Assembly (NCBI GenBank): GCA_963695225.1 | Contig: OY968762.1 | Location: 1,632,001-1,696,000, forward strand | Direction of reading: 5' to 3' | DNA length: 64,000 nt | DNA from: Vulcanimicrobiota bacterium | GTDB taxonomy: Bacteria; Vulcanimicrobiota; Vulcanimicrobiia; Vulcanimicrobiales; Vulcanimicrobiaceae | Shown here: positions 8,349 to 17,624 of the stretch, piece after piece | How positions within the stretch are numbered: the first letter of the stretch is position 1 | How the letters are laid out: each line of letters begins with the position of its first letter | Program-made: the position numbers and the translations under genes | The notes under the pieces: model-generated | Seen by the model: only the letters and a program-made list of their open reading frames with translations | Told to the model about the DNA's origin: nothing | Databases searched by the model: none

Positions 8349-10010
8349 TTGATTCCACGTTCCCCAGCCCCGGCGGCGTCGAAAGCCGTCGAGCTCGGCG
8401 CGTTCGCCGTCCGGTTCGAGGCTCCCGAAGGCGCCGCGCTGGAACGAATCCGGCCGTCGCGGCCGCGGCTGCGCGCGCCGGCCTCGTTCGACGACGGCTA
8501 CGGCGCGGGCCCGGTGCCCGGGCGCGAACGCGACCTCGCGCACGTCGCCGGGCTCTTCGCGGCGCCGGGGACGCGGGCCGTCGTCGTCCACGGGCCGCCC
8601 GGCTGCGGGAAGAGCGCGCTGCTCGCCGCGCTCGCGAGCGACGCGCGCCTGCGGGCCGCGCATCCCGGCGGCGTCATCGTCGCGACGGCGCGCCGGCGAA
8701 CCGCGGCCGATTGCGCGCTCGCGCTCTACCAGCGGTTCGTCGAAGACGGGGCGCCGCAGCGCACGCCGGCCGATCGCGAGATCGGGGAGGCGCTCAAGGC
8801 GTGCGATGCGCTCGTCGTGCTCGACGACGCTCCGGTGGGCTTCGCGCTCTCGACGTTGCTCGCGCTCGCTCCGCGCGCGCAGTTCCTGGTCGCGGCCTCC
8901 GAGCCGCTCGTCACCGCCGGGGCCCTGAACTATCCGCTCGACGGACTGGACGAAGCGGAGGCGGTGTTACTCGCCGGCGATCGACTCGACCCGTGGAGCG
9001 CCGCCGCGGCGCGCGACGCGATCCGCGTGCTCTGCACCGCGCTGGCAGGGAACCCGGGCCGCATCCGGCAGCTCGCGACGCACGCACGCACGATGGGCTG
9101 GCCCTTGCGCGAGCTCGCCGGCCACTTGCGCGGCCCCGAAGATTTCGACCGGACGCGCCTCGCCGAGGTCGCGAGCAAACTCGACGACGAGCAGCGGTCG
9201 ATCCTCGAAGCCGCCGCGCTCTTCGGCGAGGCGGCCGTCTGCGGCGGAAAAGCCGAGGACCCGGCCTTCCCCGACCTCCACGCGCTCGAAGAGTTGCGCC
9301 TGCTGGATCGCGCGCCCGGCGGGCTGAAGCTCGCGACGGGCCTGGCAGAATCGCTCGCAAGCCAACTGGACGATCCGGAGAGGCTCGATGCGGCGATCGA
9401 ATGGTTCGACGAACGCTTCGCGGCGTATGGGGAACTCATGGCGAACGACCTCGGGCGTCTCGCCGACCTCGCGGACGGCGTGCGCAGGCTCGCCCAATTG
9501 GGCCGGCCCGCCGCCGTCGTGCGCTTCGGGCGCCCCGTCAGCGACGCGCTCGCTGCGCGCGCGCAGTGGTGCGCATGGGAGGAGACCGTCTCGCACATCG
9601 CCGTCGCCGCAGATCGCCTCGGCGACCGCTCCTCGCAAGCCTGGGCGAACCATCAGACCGGCGTGCACGCGCTCGCAACCGGAGAACGGAACGTCGCGCG
9701 CGCCGCGCTCGAGCAAGCGCTCGAACAGCGCGAGGCCCTGTGCGACGAGCCCGGTGCGGAACTGACGCGGCGCCAACTCGCGCTCCTGGACGCGCGCCGC
9801 CCGAACGCGCCCGCGCGCCGGATCGTGGCGCTCGCCGCGGGGTTCGCGCTCGCGCTCGCCGCCGGTTTCGGCCTCGGCACGATCTACGGTGCGAACGCCA
9901 AGGCCTTGCACGCGGCGCAGGCTCCGAAGGCGGCGCACTCCGTCAATGCCGAGCGCCCGCCGCGGTCCGCCGCACGGGCTGCGGCGCGGAGCGCTTCACC
10001 GGCTTCTTAG
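8349..10010 (+). CDS. STAND/NB-ARC-like NTPase with TPR-like helices and a C-terminal transmembrane segment
   Basis: GGAGG precedes TTG8349. Motifs GRERDL, Walker A GPPGCGKS, Walker B LVVLDD, GNP (GxP), and hydrophobic IVALAAGFALALAAGFGLG. Confidence 0.75.
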   Translation: MIPRSPAPAASKAVELGAFAVRFEAPEGAALERIRPSRPRLRAPASFDDGYGAGPVPGRERDLAHVAGLFAAPGTRAVVVHGPPGCGKSALLAALASDARLRAAHPGGVIVATARRRTAADCALALYQRFVEDGAPQRTPADREIGEALKACDALVVLDDAPVGFALSTLLALAPRAQFLVAASEPLVTAGALNYPLDGLDEAEAVLLAGDRLDPWSAAAARDAIRVLCTALAGNPGRIRQLATHARTMGWPLRELAGHLRGPEDFDRTRLAEVASKLDDEQRSILEAAALFGEAAVCGGKAEDPAFPDLHALEELRLLDRAPGGLKLATGLAESLASQLDDPERLDAAIEWFDERFAAYGELMANDLGRLADLADGVRRLAQLGRPAAVVRFGRPVSDALAARAQWCAWEETVSHIAVAADRLGDRSSQAWANHQTGVHALATGERNVARAALEQALEQREALCDEPGAELTRRQLALLDARRPNAPARRIVALAAGFALALAAGFGLGTIYGANAKALHAAQAPKAAHSVNAERPPRSAARAAARSASPAS

Positions 10011-12139
10011 GCGGGGCGGCGCGCCGAGAGGATCGCGACCGGCGTCGCCGGCTCCAAGCCGCGCAGCTCTTCGGCGGCGAGCGCGAGCACTTGCGCCGGC
10101 TCAGCGAGCGTTCCGAGGTCGGCGACGCGCCGCCCGTAGAGCAGCGTCGTCTCGGGGAGCGCCCTGCCGACGTCGCCGAAGCTCGTCATCGCTTCGAGGA
10201 CGCGCCCCAACGCCGCCTCGAGGCGCGCGGCGGGCGCGATTTCGACGGTACCGCGCCGGACGAGGACGCGCACGACGGCGCGGTCGTCGACGGCCGCGAT
10301 ATCCACCTCGTGCGTCCGCCGGTTCCGGCGCGCGGCAAAAAGAACGAACGTGCCGGCGTAGACCGGCGCTTCGAGATCCTCCGCCCGCGCGCGCAGCGCG
10401 CGGAGCGCTGCCGCGCGGCGCTCCGCGTCCGTCGCCTCGCACGCTTGCGCCGCGTGCGCGGCGGCGGCCGTCGCACCCGAGGCCGTCGCGCGGACGAGAT
10501 TGCGCCGTGCGTCGATTTCGACGGAGACCTCGACGAGGTCGGGGGCGGCGCCCGCCGCGACGACGCGTTCGAACGCTTCGCGCCGGATGCGCACGACGTC
10601 GTCGGGGGACGGATTCACGACGGTCCGTTCGACGACGTCCCGCACGAGCGCGAGCGCGACGCCGATCGGCGAGATCACCTCCGCATCGCGCGCCAGGCGG
10701 TGCGGGAAGCCGAGCCGTTCGGCTGCGAACGGAACGAGCGCCGCGGCTCCGCCGCCGCCGCCGACGAGTTCGGCCGTCTGCGGATCGAGTTCGTAGTCGT
10801 CGATCAGTTCCGCGATCGCGGCGGCGAGCTTGTCGCTCGCTCGAACGAGGATCGCACGCGCGAGCTCTTCGCCGGGGCAGCCCAGGTGCGCACCGGCGAG
10901 CGCGAACGCCGCTGCGACGGCCGCGCGATCGCCGCGCGCGAACGCGCCTTCCGGCACGTAGCCGAGCAGGTTCGCGGCACACGTCGGCGTTAGCGCGGCG
11001 CGCCCGCCCGAATTGGTTTCGAACGCAAGGTAATCGTCGGGGTCCCCCGGCTGCGGACGGACGAACGCGATCCGCGCCCCCGCGAACTCGCGAGCTTCCA
11101 TGAACGCCGCGTAACGCAAGCCCGCGATGTGCGCGGAACGCGGACCGACGTCGCGCAACGCTGCGCTGCCGCGCCCTTGCGGATCGAGCCGGACGAGGCT
11201 GCCGCCCGCGATCCCGAGCGTTCGCACGTCGAGGTTTCGCAGCATCGTGCGGTGCCCGCCGACGCGCGCCGGGCGCATCTGCGGCAAGCCACGGCGGATC
11301 ACGGAGCAATCCGCGCTCGTTCCGCCCACTTCGATGAAGATGCCGTCCGTGACGTTCTCGTGCAGGAGCGCACCCGCGATTCCGGCCGCCGGCCCCGAGA
11401 GCATCGTGAGGATCGGCCGTTCCGCGACGTCGCGCACGTCCATCACGCCCCCGTCGCTGCGCATGATCATCAGCGGAACGCCGATGCCGGCGCGCTCGAC
11501 GGCGCCCGCCGTCATGCGCGCGGTCCGCACCATCGTCGGCAAAATCGCGGCGTTGAGCACGGCCGTCCGCGTCCGCGCGCGCAAGCCGTACATCGCCGAA
11601 ACGTCGTGCCCGCTCGTCGCGAAGAAGCCTCCCTCGCGCGCGAGCGAGACGGCGCGTCGTTCGCGCTGCGGGCGATCGACGCCGAACGCCTCGCTGACGG
11701 CGACCGCTTCGCTCCCCGCCGCGCGCAGCGTCGCGAGTGCAGCCGCGACCGACTCGCGTTCGCCGTTCGAGAAGGCGACCTCCGCTCGCAGTTCCGAATT
11801 CGGGCCCAGGCGGATCGGGGGCAGCCGCAATTGCCTGCGCGCGAGCCACGCGCGCGGCCCCGCGAGCCCCAGGATGCCGACGCGCGCGACGTCCCCTTCG
11901 AGCAGCGCGTTCGTCGCCTGCGTCGTCGAGTGCGCGATGAACGCGATCCGTTCGGCGGATATCCCCGGCGTCGCCAGCAGCGCCTGCACGCCCGACACGA
12001 TGCCGGCCGCGACGCCCTCGCTCCCGCGATGCGTCGTCGGCACCTTGATGCGCGCGACGACCGCCCGCGTCGCCGCATCGATCGCGACGACGTCCGTAAA
12101 CGTTCCCCCGACGTCGATGCCGACGCGCAGCGCCGTCAT
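10007..12139 (-). CDS. Hydantoinase/oxoprolinase family protein (HyuA-like)
   Basis: Motifs GIDVGGTFTD, HSTTQATNALLEG, MRSDGG, LSGPAAG, EVGGTSAD; ATGA overlap at 12136-12139. Confidence 0.9.
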   Translation of the reverse strand: MTALRVGIDVGGTFTDVVAIDAATRAVVARIKVPTTHRGSEGVAAGIVSGVQALLATPGISAERIAFIAHSTTQATNALLEGDVARVGILGLAGPRAWLARRQLRLPPIRLGPNSELRAEVAFSNGERESVAAALATLRAAGSEAVAVSEAFGVDRPQRERRAVSLAREGGFFATSGHDVSAMYGLRARTRTAVLNAAILPTMVRTARMTAGAVERAGIGVPLMIMRSDGGVMDVRDVAERPILTMLSGPAAGIAGALLHENVTDGIFIEVGGTSADCSVIRRGLPQMRPARVGGHRTMLRNLDVRTLGIAGGSLVRLDPQGRGSAALRDVGPRSAHIAGLRYAAFMEAREFAGARIAFVRPQPGDPDDYLAFETNSGGRAALTPTCAANLLGYVPEGAFARGDRAAVAAAFALAGAHLGCPGEELARAILVRASDKLAAAIAELIDDYELDPQTAELVGGGGGAAALVPFAAERLGFPHRLARDAEVISPIGVALALVRDVVERTVVNPSPDDVVRIRREAFERVVAAGAAPDLVEVSVEIDARRNLVRATASGATAAAAHAAQACEATDAERRAAALRALRARAEDLEAPVYAGTFVLFAARRNRRTHEVDIAAVDDRAVVRVLVRRGTVEIAPAARLEAALGRVLEAMTSFGDVGRALPETTLLYGRRVADLGTLAEPAQVLALAAEELRGLEPATPVAILSARRPA

Positions 12140-14196
12140 GGATGCCGGGGCTCCGGCGCAAGGGCCCGCGGGCTGGCGACGGGCGCCGGATACGGAGCGC
12201 CGAACGTGACGGTGCGCTCGGGGCCGTTGATTCCGCTCGTCACCACGAACGTATGCGGCAACCCGTCGTAGGCGCGGCGCTGCGTTTGGAACGTGCCGTA
12301 CTCCCACCAATACTTCCCGTCGAGTTTCACGACGATGTCGTTCGTGCGCAGCCCGGCCTCCCACGCCGGTCCTCCGGCGCGCACGAAGGCGCGCATCTGA
12401 CCGTCGTTCGTCTTGAAGAGCGCGTAGAAATACGTCGGGGGCGCGTCGGATTCGTCGTACGCGAGTCCGCGAGCGAAGAGCGCTCCGGCGACCGCGGGCC
12501 GTTCGTGCATCCACGTCCGCAGGCGCACGAGCGCGGCGAAGGCGGCGTTGCGGATCTCGTCGTTCGTCGCGCCCTCGCTGGACGAACGCACGACGTGCCA
12601 CTGCTCGACCGGCCACCCCGCGCAATCGTCGAGGAACAGGCCCAGATCGAACGTGGGGCGGGGATCGCGTCCGAGCACCGTCACCACCGCGCGCCCGACC
12701 GCCGCATACGGCTTGCGCGCGCAATCGCTCGCGGCCGGATCGCCCTCGAGCGCCAACGTGCGGAAGCCTTTCCAACCGCCGTCGATCTCGCCGCGGATCG
12801 TCTCGACGGCCAGTTCCGCGAGCGGTTCGTCGCCGCGCGCGAACGCGATCGTGCGCGCGGCTTCCGGCGGGCTGAACAGCCCGGAGGGCGCCGTCGCGGC
12901 GGCGGCGGGCGCGCCCGCATGCGGAAAGACGGGGATGCCGAAGAACGCGCCCCCGAAGAACGCGACGGCGAGCGCCGCGGCCGTCGCGACCGCGACCTGA
13001 TACGGAAGCGTCGCGCGCATGATCTCCTCGACCCGCACGCCCGTGAAGTTCGCGACCCAGACGTTCTGCGTATTCGTCGGATCGCAGACGTTCTGAACCT
13101 GCACGACCGCCATGATCGCCGCGACCAGCACCACCGGCGGTAAGAGCCCGAGACCGGCCAGGACCGCGTACACGCCGATCCCCACCCCGACCGGATTGAG
13201 CGGCCCGCGATAGAGCGCGAGCGGGCTCGCCAGGCCGAAGAGCACCACGTACCCGACCGCGCCGCGCGGCGCGATCGCGGAAACGACCGGCTCGAGCGCG
13301 AGCTTCACCGAAGGCAGTCTCGTCGCGACGAGCAGCATTCCGATCCCCATGAACAAGAGCACCGCCGGGGCGACGTCCTCGACCCCCCGGATCGCCGCCG
13401 CGACGAGCGTCTCGACGGCGCGGCGCGGTTCGGCTGCGAGCGCGCCGTAGATCGCGGCGAGCGCGAACGCGGGGATCGGGTTCATCCCAAACGCGTAGTA
13501 CAGCACGATCGGAAGGACCGGCGCGAGCAGCGCGAACCAGGGGACGCGCTTGCGCGCGAGCGGTTCGTCGAGCGCAACGCTCCAGGCCGCGTACCCGCGC
13601 TGCTTGCGAAAGCCGAGCGCGACGAACGCGGCGAGTGCGACGAGGTCGATCGCGGCGAGCGCGAGCGCGTACGCGTGCAACGCGCCCGGATCGACGGAGA
13701 ACGTCTCCGTGTAGAACTTCCACTGCGAGATGTTGAAGATGAACCCGAGCGCGAACGACATCAAGAACAGCGTCGCGGCGAGCCGGCGCGGAATGCCGAG
13801 CGTCAACATGATCGGGAGGACGATCGATCCGACCATGATGATCGCGCCGAGCCCCGCTAGCGACGTGAAGAGGAACGCGACGGCCGCGCACAGCGAGAGC
13901 GCGAGCACGATCGGGCGATCTCCGCCGAACTCGGCCGCGTAATTCACGATCGTCTCGGCGATTCCGGTCGACATCGTCACGCGGCTGAGCCAGGCGCCGA
14001 GGATCACCGTCGCGATCACGCTCTTCAGTTGCACCGTCCCGTCGATCGCCACGCTCGCAACGCCGTCCCAACCCGCCCCGCCGAGCACGGCGACGGCCAG
14101 CGCCATCAACGGGACTGCCAAGAGCGCCGGGAGGATGCGCGCCGCCATCAACGCGGCGCAAGCCGCGAAGACGAGCAGCATCGCGACTCCGGTCAC
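12136..14196 (-). CDS. Ion-transporter superfamily permease (CitMHS/GntP-like) fused to a soluble domain ending in a PDZ-like module
   Basis: About 420 aa of multi-TM sequence (TGIAETIV, YRGPLNP, CDPTNTQNVW), then a soluble region with VRAGGPAWEAGLRTNDIVVKLDG. Confidence 0.75.
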   Translation of the reverse strand: MTGVAMLLVFAACAALMAARILPALLAVPLMALAVAVLGGAGWDGVASVAIDGTVQLKSVIATVILGAWLSRVTMSTGIAETIVNYAAEFGGDRPIVLALSLCAAVAFLFTSLAGLGAIIMVGSIVLPIMLTLGIPRRLAATLFLMSFALGFIFNISQWKFYTETFSVDPGALHAYALALAAIDLVALAAFVALGFRKQRGYAAWSVALDEPLARKRVPWFALLAPVLPIVLYYAFGMNPIPAFALAAIYGALAAEPRRAVETLVAAAIRGVEDVAPAVLLFMGIGMLLVATRLPSVKLALEPVVSAIAPRGAVGYVVLFGLASPLALYRGPLNPVGVGIGVYAVLAGLGLLPPVVLVAAIMAVVQVQNVCDPTNTQNVWVANFTGVRVEEIMRATLPYQVAVATAAALAVAFFGGAFFGIPVFPHAGAPAAAATAPSGLFSPPEAARTIAFARGDEPLAELAVETIRGEIDGGWKGFRTLALEGDPAASDCARKPYAAVGRAVVTVLGRDPRPTFDLGLFLDDCAGWPVEQWHVVRSSSEGATNDEIRNAAFAALVRLRTWMHERPAVAGALFARGLAYDESDAPPTYFYALFKTNDGQMRAFVRAGGPAWEAGLRTNDIVVKLDGKYWWEYGTFQTQRRAYDGLPHTFVVTSGINGPERTVTFGAPYPAPVASPRALAPEPRHP

Positions 14197-16256
14197 GGAG
14201 CGGCCCCGGAGAGCCCCAAGACTTCGTCGAACGGGCGCAGCGTTTGGTGCTGCTCGTAGCGTTCGTGCGTTTCGCGGTCGATGAGATCGGCGCGGGCGAT
14301 CGACCGGCGCGCCGCGATGTGATAGCGTTCGAGCACGCTCGCCAGATGGCTCTCGCGATTCTCGTAGCGCCACGTGTCGCGCGCGAGCGCCTCGAGCTCG
14401 AGGTACGAATCCCGCATCTCCCAGAACAGGTACTTCGTCACGAACAAGCCGCGATAGACGAGCGCATCGTGCTTGCCGTCGGCATGCGCCAGCGCATCCC
14501 CATAATAATCGCGCGCTTCCTGCGCGATCTGCAGGCCGCGCGCGAGCGCGTCGTAGCGGCGCGCCGCCAAATGCATCACGCGCGCGGCGGCGGGGTGCAG
14601 GGGCGGCGAGGCGAGGCGCAGGTGCGCGATCGCGCGCTCGGCCGCGAGGCGCACGGCGGCGAGATCGAGTCGCGGCGCGACCCGCGCGCGAAAACTTTGA
14701 TCGAGCGGGTCGCTCCAGAAGAGATAGTCGCTCGAATCGGCTTCGCCGGAACGATGGAGCAGCGTACGTGCTTGGGCCAGCGCGGCGATGTCGGCGGCGT
14801 AGCGCGGATCGTCGCTCCCGAAGAACGCCGCCGGAAAGTCCTCCGCGAAGCGTGCCGCGGGGACGGTTCCGGCCTCCCAGGCGTTGGCCGCCGCGTACAG
14901 CACCGGATACCAGGTCGCCTCGAACAGCGTTTCGCCGTCGTCGTGCCAGACGGTCTGGAAGAGCCCGAGGACGCGCGCGGCCTTCCCCTCACCGATGAAA
15001 CGCGCCTCGTTCGGCAGCGCGATATCGAGATCGGGATAGATGTCGTTCCAATTATTCGCGCCCGGCGCAACGAACTGCTCGAAGCCGCCGTCTCGGATCC
15101 GCTTGATGTACGGCGCGTACGTCGGCTCCGTATCGTAATGCCAGTTGACGAAGACGAGCTCTTTCGGAAGCAGCGAGAACAGCTCGGGCCGGCGCGCCAG
15201 CGCGTCGTCCCACACGAGCGGCCGCGCGCCGGAGCGCATGACGAATCGCGCCGTCTCGGCGACGTGCCGCGCGTAGACCTGCCCGTCGCCCTGCGCCTCG
15301 ACGAGCGCGCGGCTCTGACCGCGCCCGAGGTCCGACGGCTCGTCGGAGCCGATGTGGAAGAAGGGCGGGTGCGGAACGGCGGCGAGCATCTGTTCGATCG
15401 CCTCGCGCACGTAGGCTTCGCTGCCGGGGTTTGCGGGAGAGAGCAGGTAGCCGTGCGGGAGTTCGGCGAGCCCCGCGTACTGTTCCCAACGCAAGGTCGC
15501 GTGCATGTGCGCGAACGTTTGCTGTTCGGGAATGAACGCGACGTGGAAACGCGCCGCGTACGCCGCGAGTTCGCGCAGCTCGGAAGGGCTCAGGCCGTCG
15601 AGCGGCGCGGGGAGCGGATGCTCGGGATCGGCGACGACGCCTTCGACGTACGGCGAGTAGCCGTTCATCTTGAAGGCCGCGATCGTGCGGATGCGCTCTC
15701 TGAAATAGCGCATCGTCGGGAGCGGACCGCGCGAGACGTCGTCGGAGAGAATGCGCCAGCGCAGCGCCGGAGCGTCGGCGATCTCGACGCAGGGCAGCGC
15801 GTAACCCGAAGGCCCGGGCCGCGCGAGCTGCGCGAGCGTTGCGAACGCGTGGATCACGCCGTCGCCGTCGCTCGCGGCGACGCGCACGCCCGCCGTGCTT
15901 ACGGAGAGGCGGTACCCCTCGGCCGCGCCGCCCACGATGCGCACCGTGACGCGCGGGCGCGGCGAACTGCGCAACCCCGGGATTCCGAGCGCCCGCCAAC
16001 GTTCGTTGACGAGGTCGCGTGCCCCGGGGTCGAGCGAGAGCGGAACGGTCAAGGCGGGGCGCAGCGCCGGGCCGGCGCACGGCTGGACGATTTCAACCCG
16101 GGCCGGCCTTGGAATGAGATGGAGCTCGTCCGCTTGCGCGCACGCAGCCCGCGACGCGGCGATGCCGAACGTCAGGCCGGCCGCAAGCCGGCGAAGAGCA
16201 ATCACAACGCGGCTTTCCGCCGCCCGAGAGGCGCTCACCTGGCGGGCCCGCCGCAA
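14193..16256 (-). CDS. GH20 beta-N-acetylhexosaminidase, exported (true start may be GTG 16205)
   Basis: Motifs LIPRP, EGYRL, IADAP, DDVSRG, catalytic HIGSDE, VWDD; signal-like N-terminus. Confidence 0.88.
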   Translation of the reverse strand: MRRARQVSASRAAESRVVIALRRLAAGLTFGIAASRAACAQADELHLIPRPARVEIVQPCAGPALRPALTVPLSLDPGARDLVNERWRALGIPGLRSSPRPRVTVRIVGGAAEGYRLSVSTAGVRVAASDGDGVIHAFATLAQLARPGPSGYALPCVEIADAPALRWRILSDDVSRGPLPTMRYFRERIRTIAAFKMNGYSPYVEGVVADPEHPLPAPLDGLSPSELRELAAYAARFHVAFIPEQQTFAHMHATLRWEQYAGLAELPHGYLLSPANPGSEAYVREAIEQMLAAVPHPPFFHIGSDEPSDLGRGQSRALVEAQGDGQVYARHVAETARFVMRSGARPLVWDDALARRPELFSLLPKELVFVNWHYDTEPTYAPYIKRIRDGGFEQFVAPGANNWNDIYPDLDIALPNEARFIGEGKAARVLGLFQTVWHDDGETLFEATWYPVLYAAANAWEAGTVPAARFAEDFPAAFFGSDDPRYAADIAALAQARTLLHRSGEADSSDYLFWSDPLDQSFRARVAPRLDLAAVRLAAERAIAHLRLASPPLHPAAARVMHLAARRYDALARGLQIAQEARDYYGDALAHADGKHDALVYRGLFVTKYLFWEMRDSYLELEALARDTWRYENRESHLASVLERYHIAARRSIARADLIDRETHERYEQHQTLRPFDEVLGLSGAAP

Positions 16257-16280
16257 CGCGAGCGCGTAACCTGAACGGCG

Positions 16281-17624
16281 ATGATCGACCGATTCCGAAC
16301 CCTACGGGCCGCCGCGGCCTTTGCCACGCTCGCCGTCGCGCTCGCGGTCGGGCTCGGCGGCTCGTCCCCGGCAGCCCCGCGGGCGAAGGCGCGAACCCTC
16401 GCGCGGCCGGCGGAACTCGATTCCGCCACCCGGGCGCGCATCGATCGATTGATCGCCGCCGCCGTCGCCGACGGCACGATCCCCGGCGCGCAACTCGTCG
16501 TCCTCGGGCCGCCGCAAGCGCGCACGCTGCTGCGAAAAGCCTACGGCGCGCGCACCTTCGAGCCGCAGCCCGTCGCCAACGATTTCTCGACCGTCTACGA
16601 GCTGGCGAGCCTCACGAAACCCGTCGCGACGGCCTCCGCGATCATGCTCCTCGTTCAGCGCGGCGAGTTGCGGCTCCACGACAAAGTCGCGGCCTACGTC
16701 CCGGAGTTCGGCGCGAACGGCAAGGACGGGATCACGATCGAACAAGTCCTGCTGCATACGAGCGGCCTGCCGCCGGCGTTTTCGGAGGACGACTACTACG
16801 CGGACCGCGCGACGATCCTGACGCACACGTACGCACGCAAGCTGCTCTTCGCGCCGGGGACGGGATTCTCGTACAGCAATCTCGGGCCGATCGTCCTGAC
16901 GGAAGTGATCGCCCGCGTCGCGCACGAGCCGTTCGAGCGCTTCGTCGCGAACGAGTTGTTCGTGCCGCTTGGGATGCGGGATTCGTCCTTCGACACGACG
17001 CTCGACGAAGCGCATCGCGCGCGCCTCGCCCCGCAGATTCCGCACCAAGACGAAAACGGGCTGCGCAAGGCGTTCGGGACCGTTCCGGGCGTCAACGGGC
17101 ACGCCGGGATGCTCTCGACCGCCGACGACGTGGCACGCTACGCGCGCGCGCTGTTGCTCACGCTCGAAGGCCGCCGTCCGCCGAACGCGCCGCTTTCCGC
17201 GGCGAGCCTGAACGCCATGATCGAGCCGCACTACGTCGGCAAGGGCGCGGTGCGCGGGCTCGGGTGGGACCTCGACTCCGGCTTCTCCGGGAACCGCGGC
17301 GACTTGCTCCCGCGCGGCGGCTTCGGGCATACCGGCTCGTCCGGGACGAGCCTCTGGATCGATCCTGCCCTCGGGATCGCCATCGTCTTCACGAGCAACG
17401 CGCATTATCCCAAAGACGCGGGCGACACGCTCCCGCTCGAAGCGAAGGTGGGGAATCTCGTCGCCGCCGCCGTCCTCCACGATCGCGCGCGCGTCGCGGC
17501 ACAGGAGGCCGCGTTCGACGCCGCAGCCGCCCGCAGCGCGCTCGGTTTCCCGGCTACGCCGCTCCCGGCGCCGACCGCCGCGCCTTCCGCCGCGCCTTCC
17601 GCCGCGCCCGGCGCGTCGAAGTGA
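16281..17624 (+). CDS. Exported serine hydrolase, beta-lactamase class C/AmiE-like family
   Basis: SxxK (ASLTK), LLHTSG, YSN, GHTG; signal peptide. Confidence 0.9.
   Translation: MIDRFRTLRAAAAFATLAVALAVGLGGSSPAAPRAKARTLARPAELDSATRARIDRLIAAAVADGTIPGAQLVVLGPPQARTLLRKAYGARTFEPQPVANDFSTVYELASLTKPVATASAIMLLVQRGELRLHDKVAAYVPEFGANGKDGITIEQVLLHTSGLPPAFSEDDYYADRATILTHTYARKLLFAPGTGFSYSNLGPIVLTEVIARVAHEPFERFVANELFVPLGMRDSSFDTTLDEAHRARLAPQIPHQDENGLRKAFGTVPGVNGHAGMLSTADDVARYARALLLTLEGRRPPNAPLSAASLNAMIEPHYVGKGAVRGLGWDLDSGFSGNRGDLLPRGGFGHTGSSGTSLWIDPALGIAIVFTSNAHYPKDAGDTLPLEAKVGNLVAAAVLHDRARVAAQEAAFDAAAARSALGFPATPLPAPTAAPSAAPSAAPGASK

Noticed and set aside
10007..14161. 1384-aa ORF as one giant protein
   Set aside because: Only the part from 12139 is hydantoinase-like; the upstream part is an Arg-rich alternative frame of the permease gene
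17565..17612. Short 12-bp repeats encoding PTAAPSAAPSAAP
   Set aside because: An ordinary low-complexity C-terminal tail
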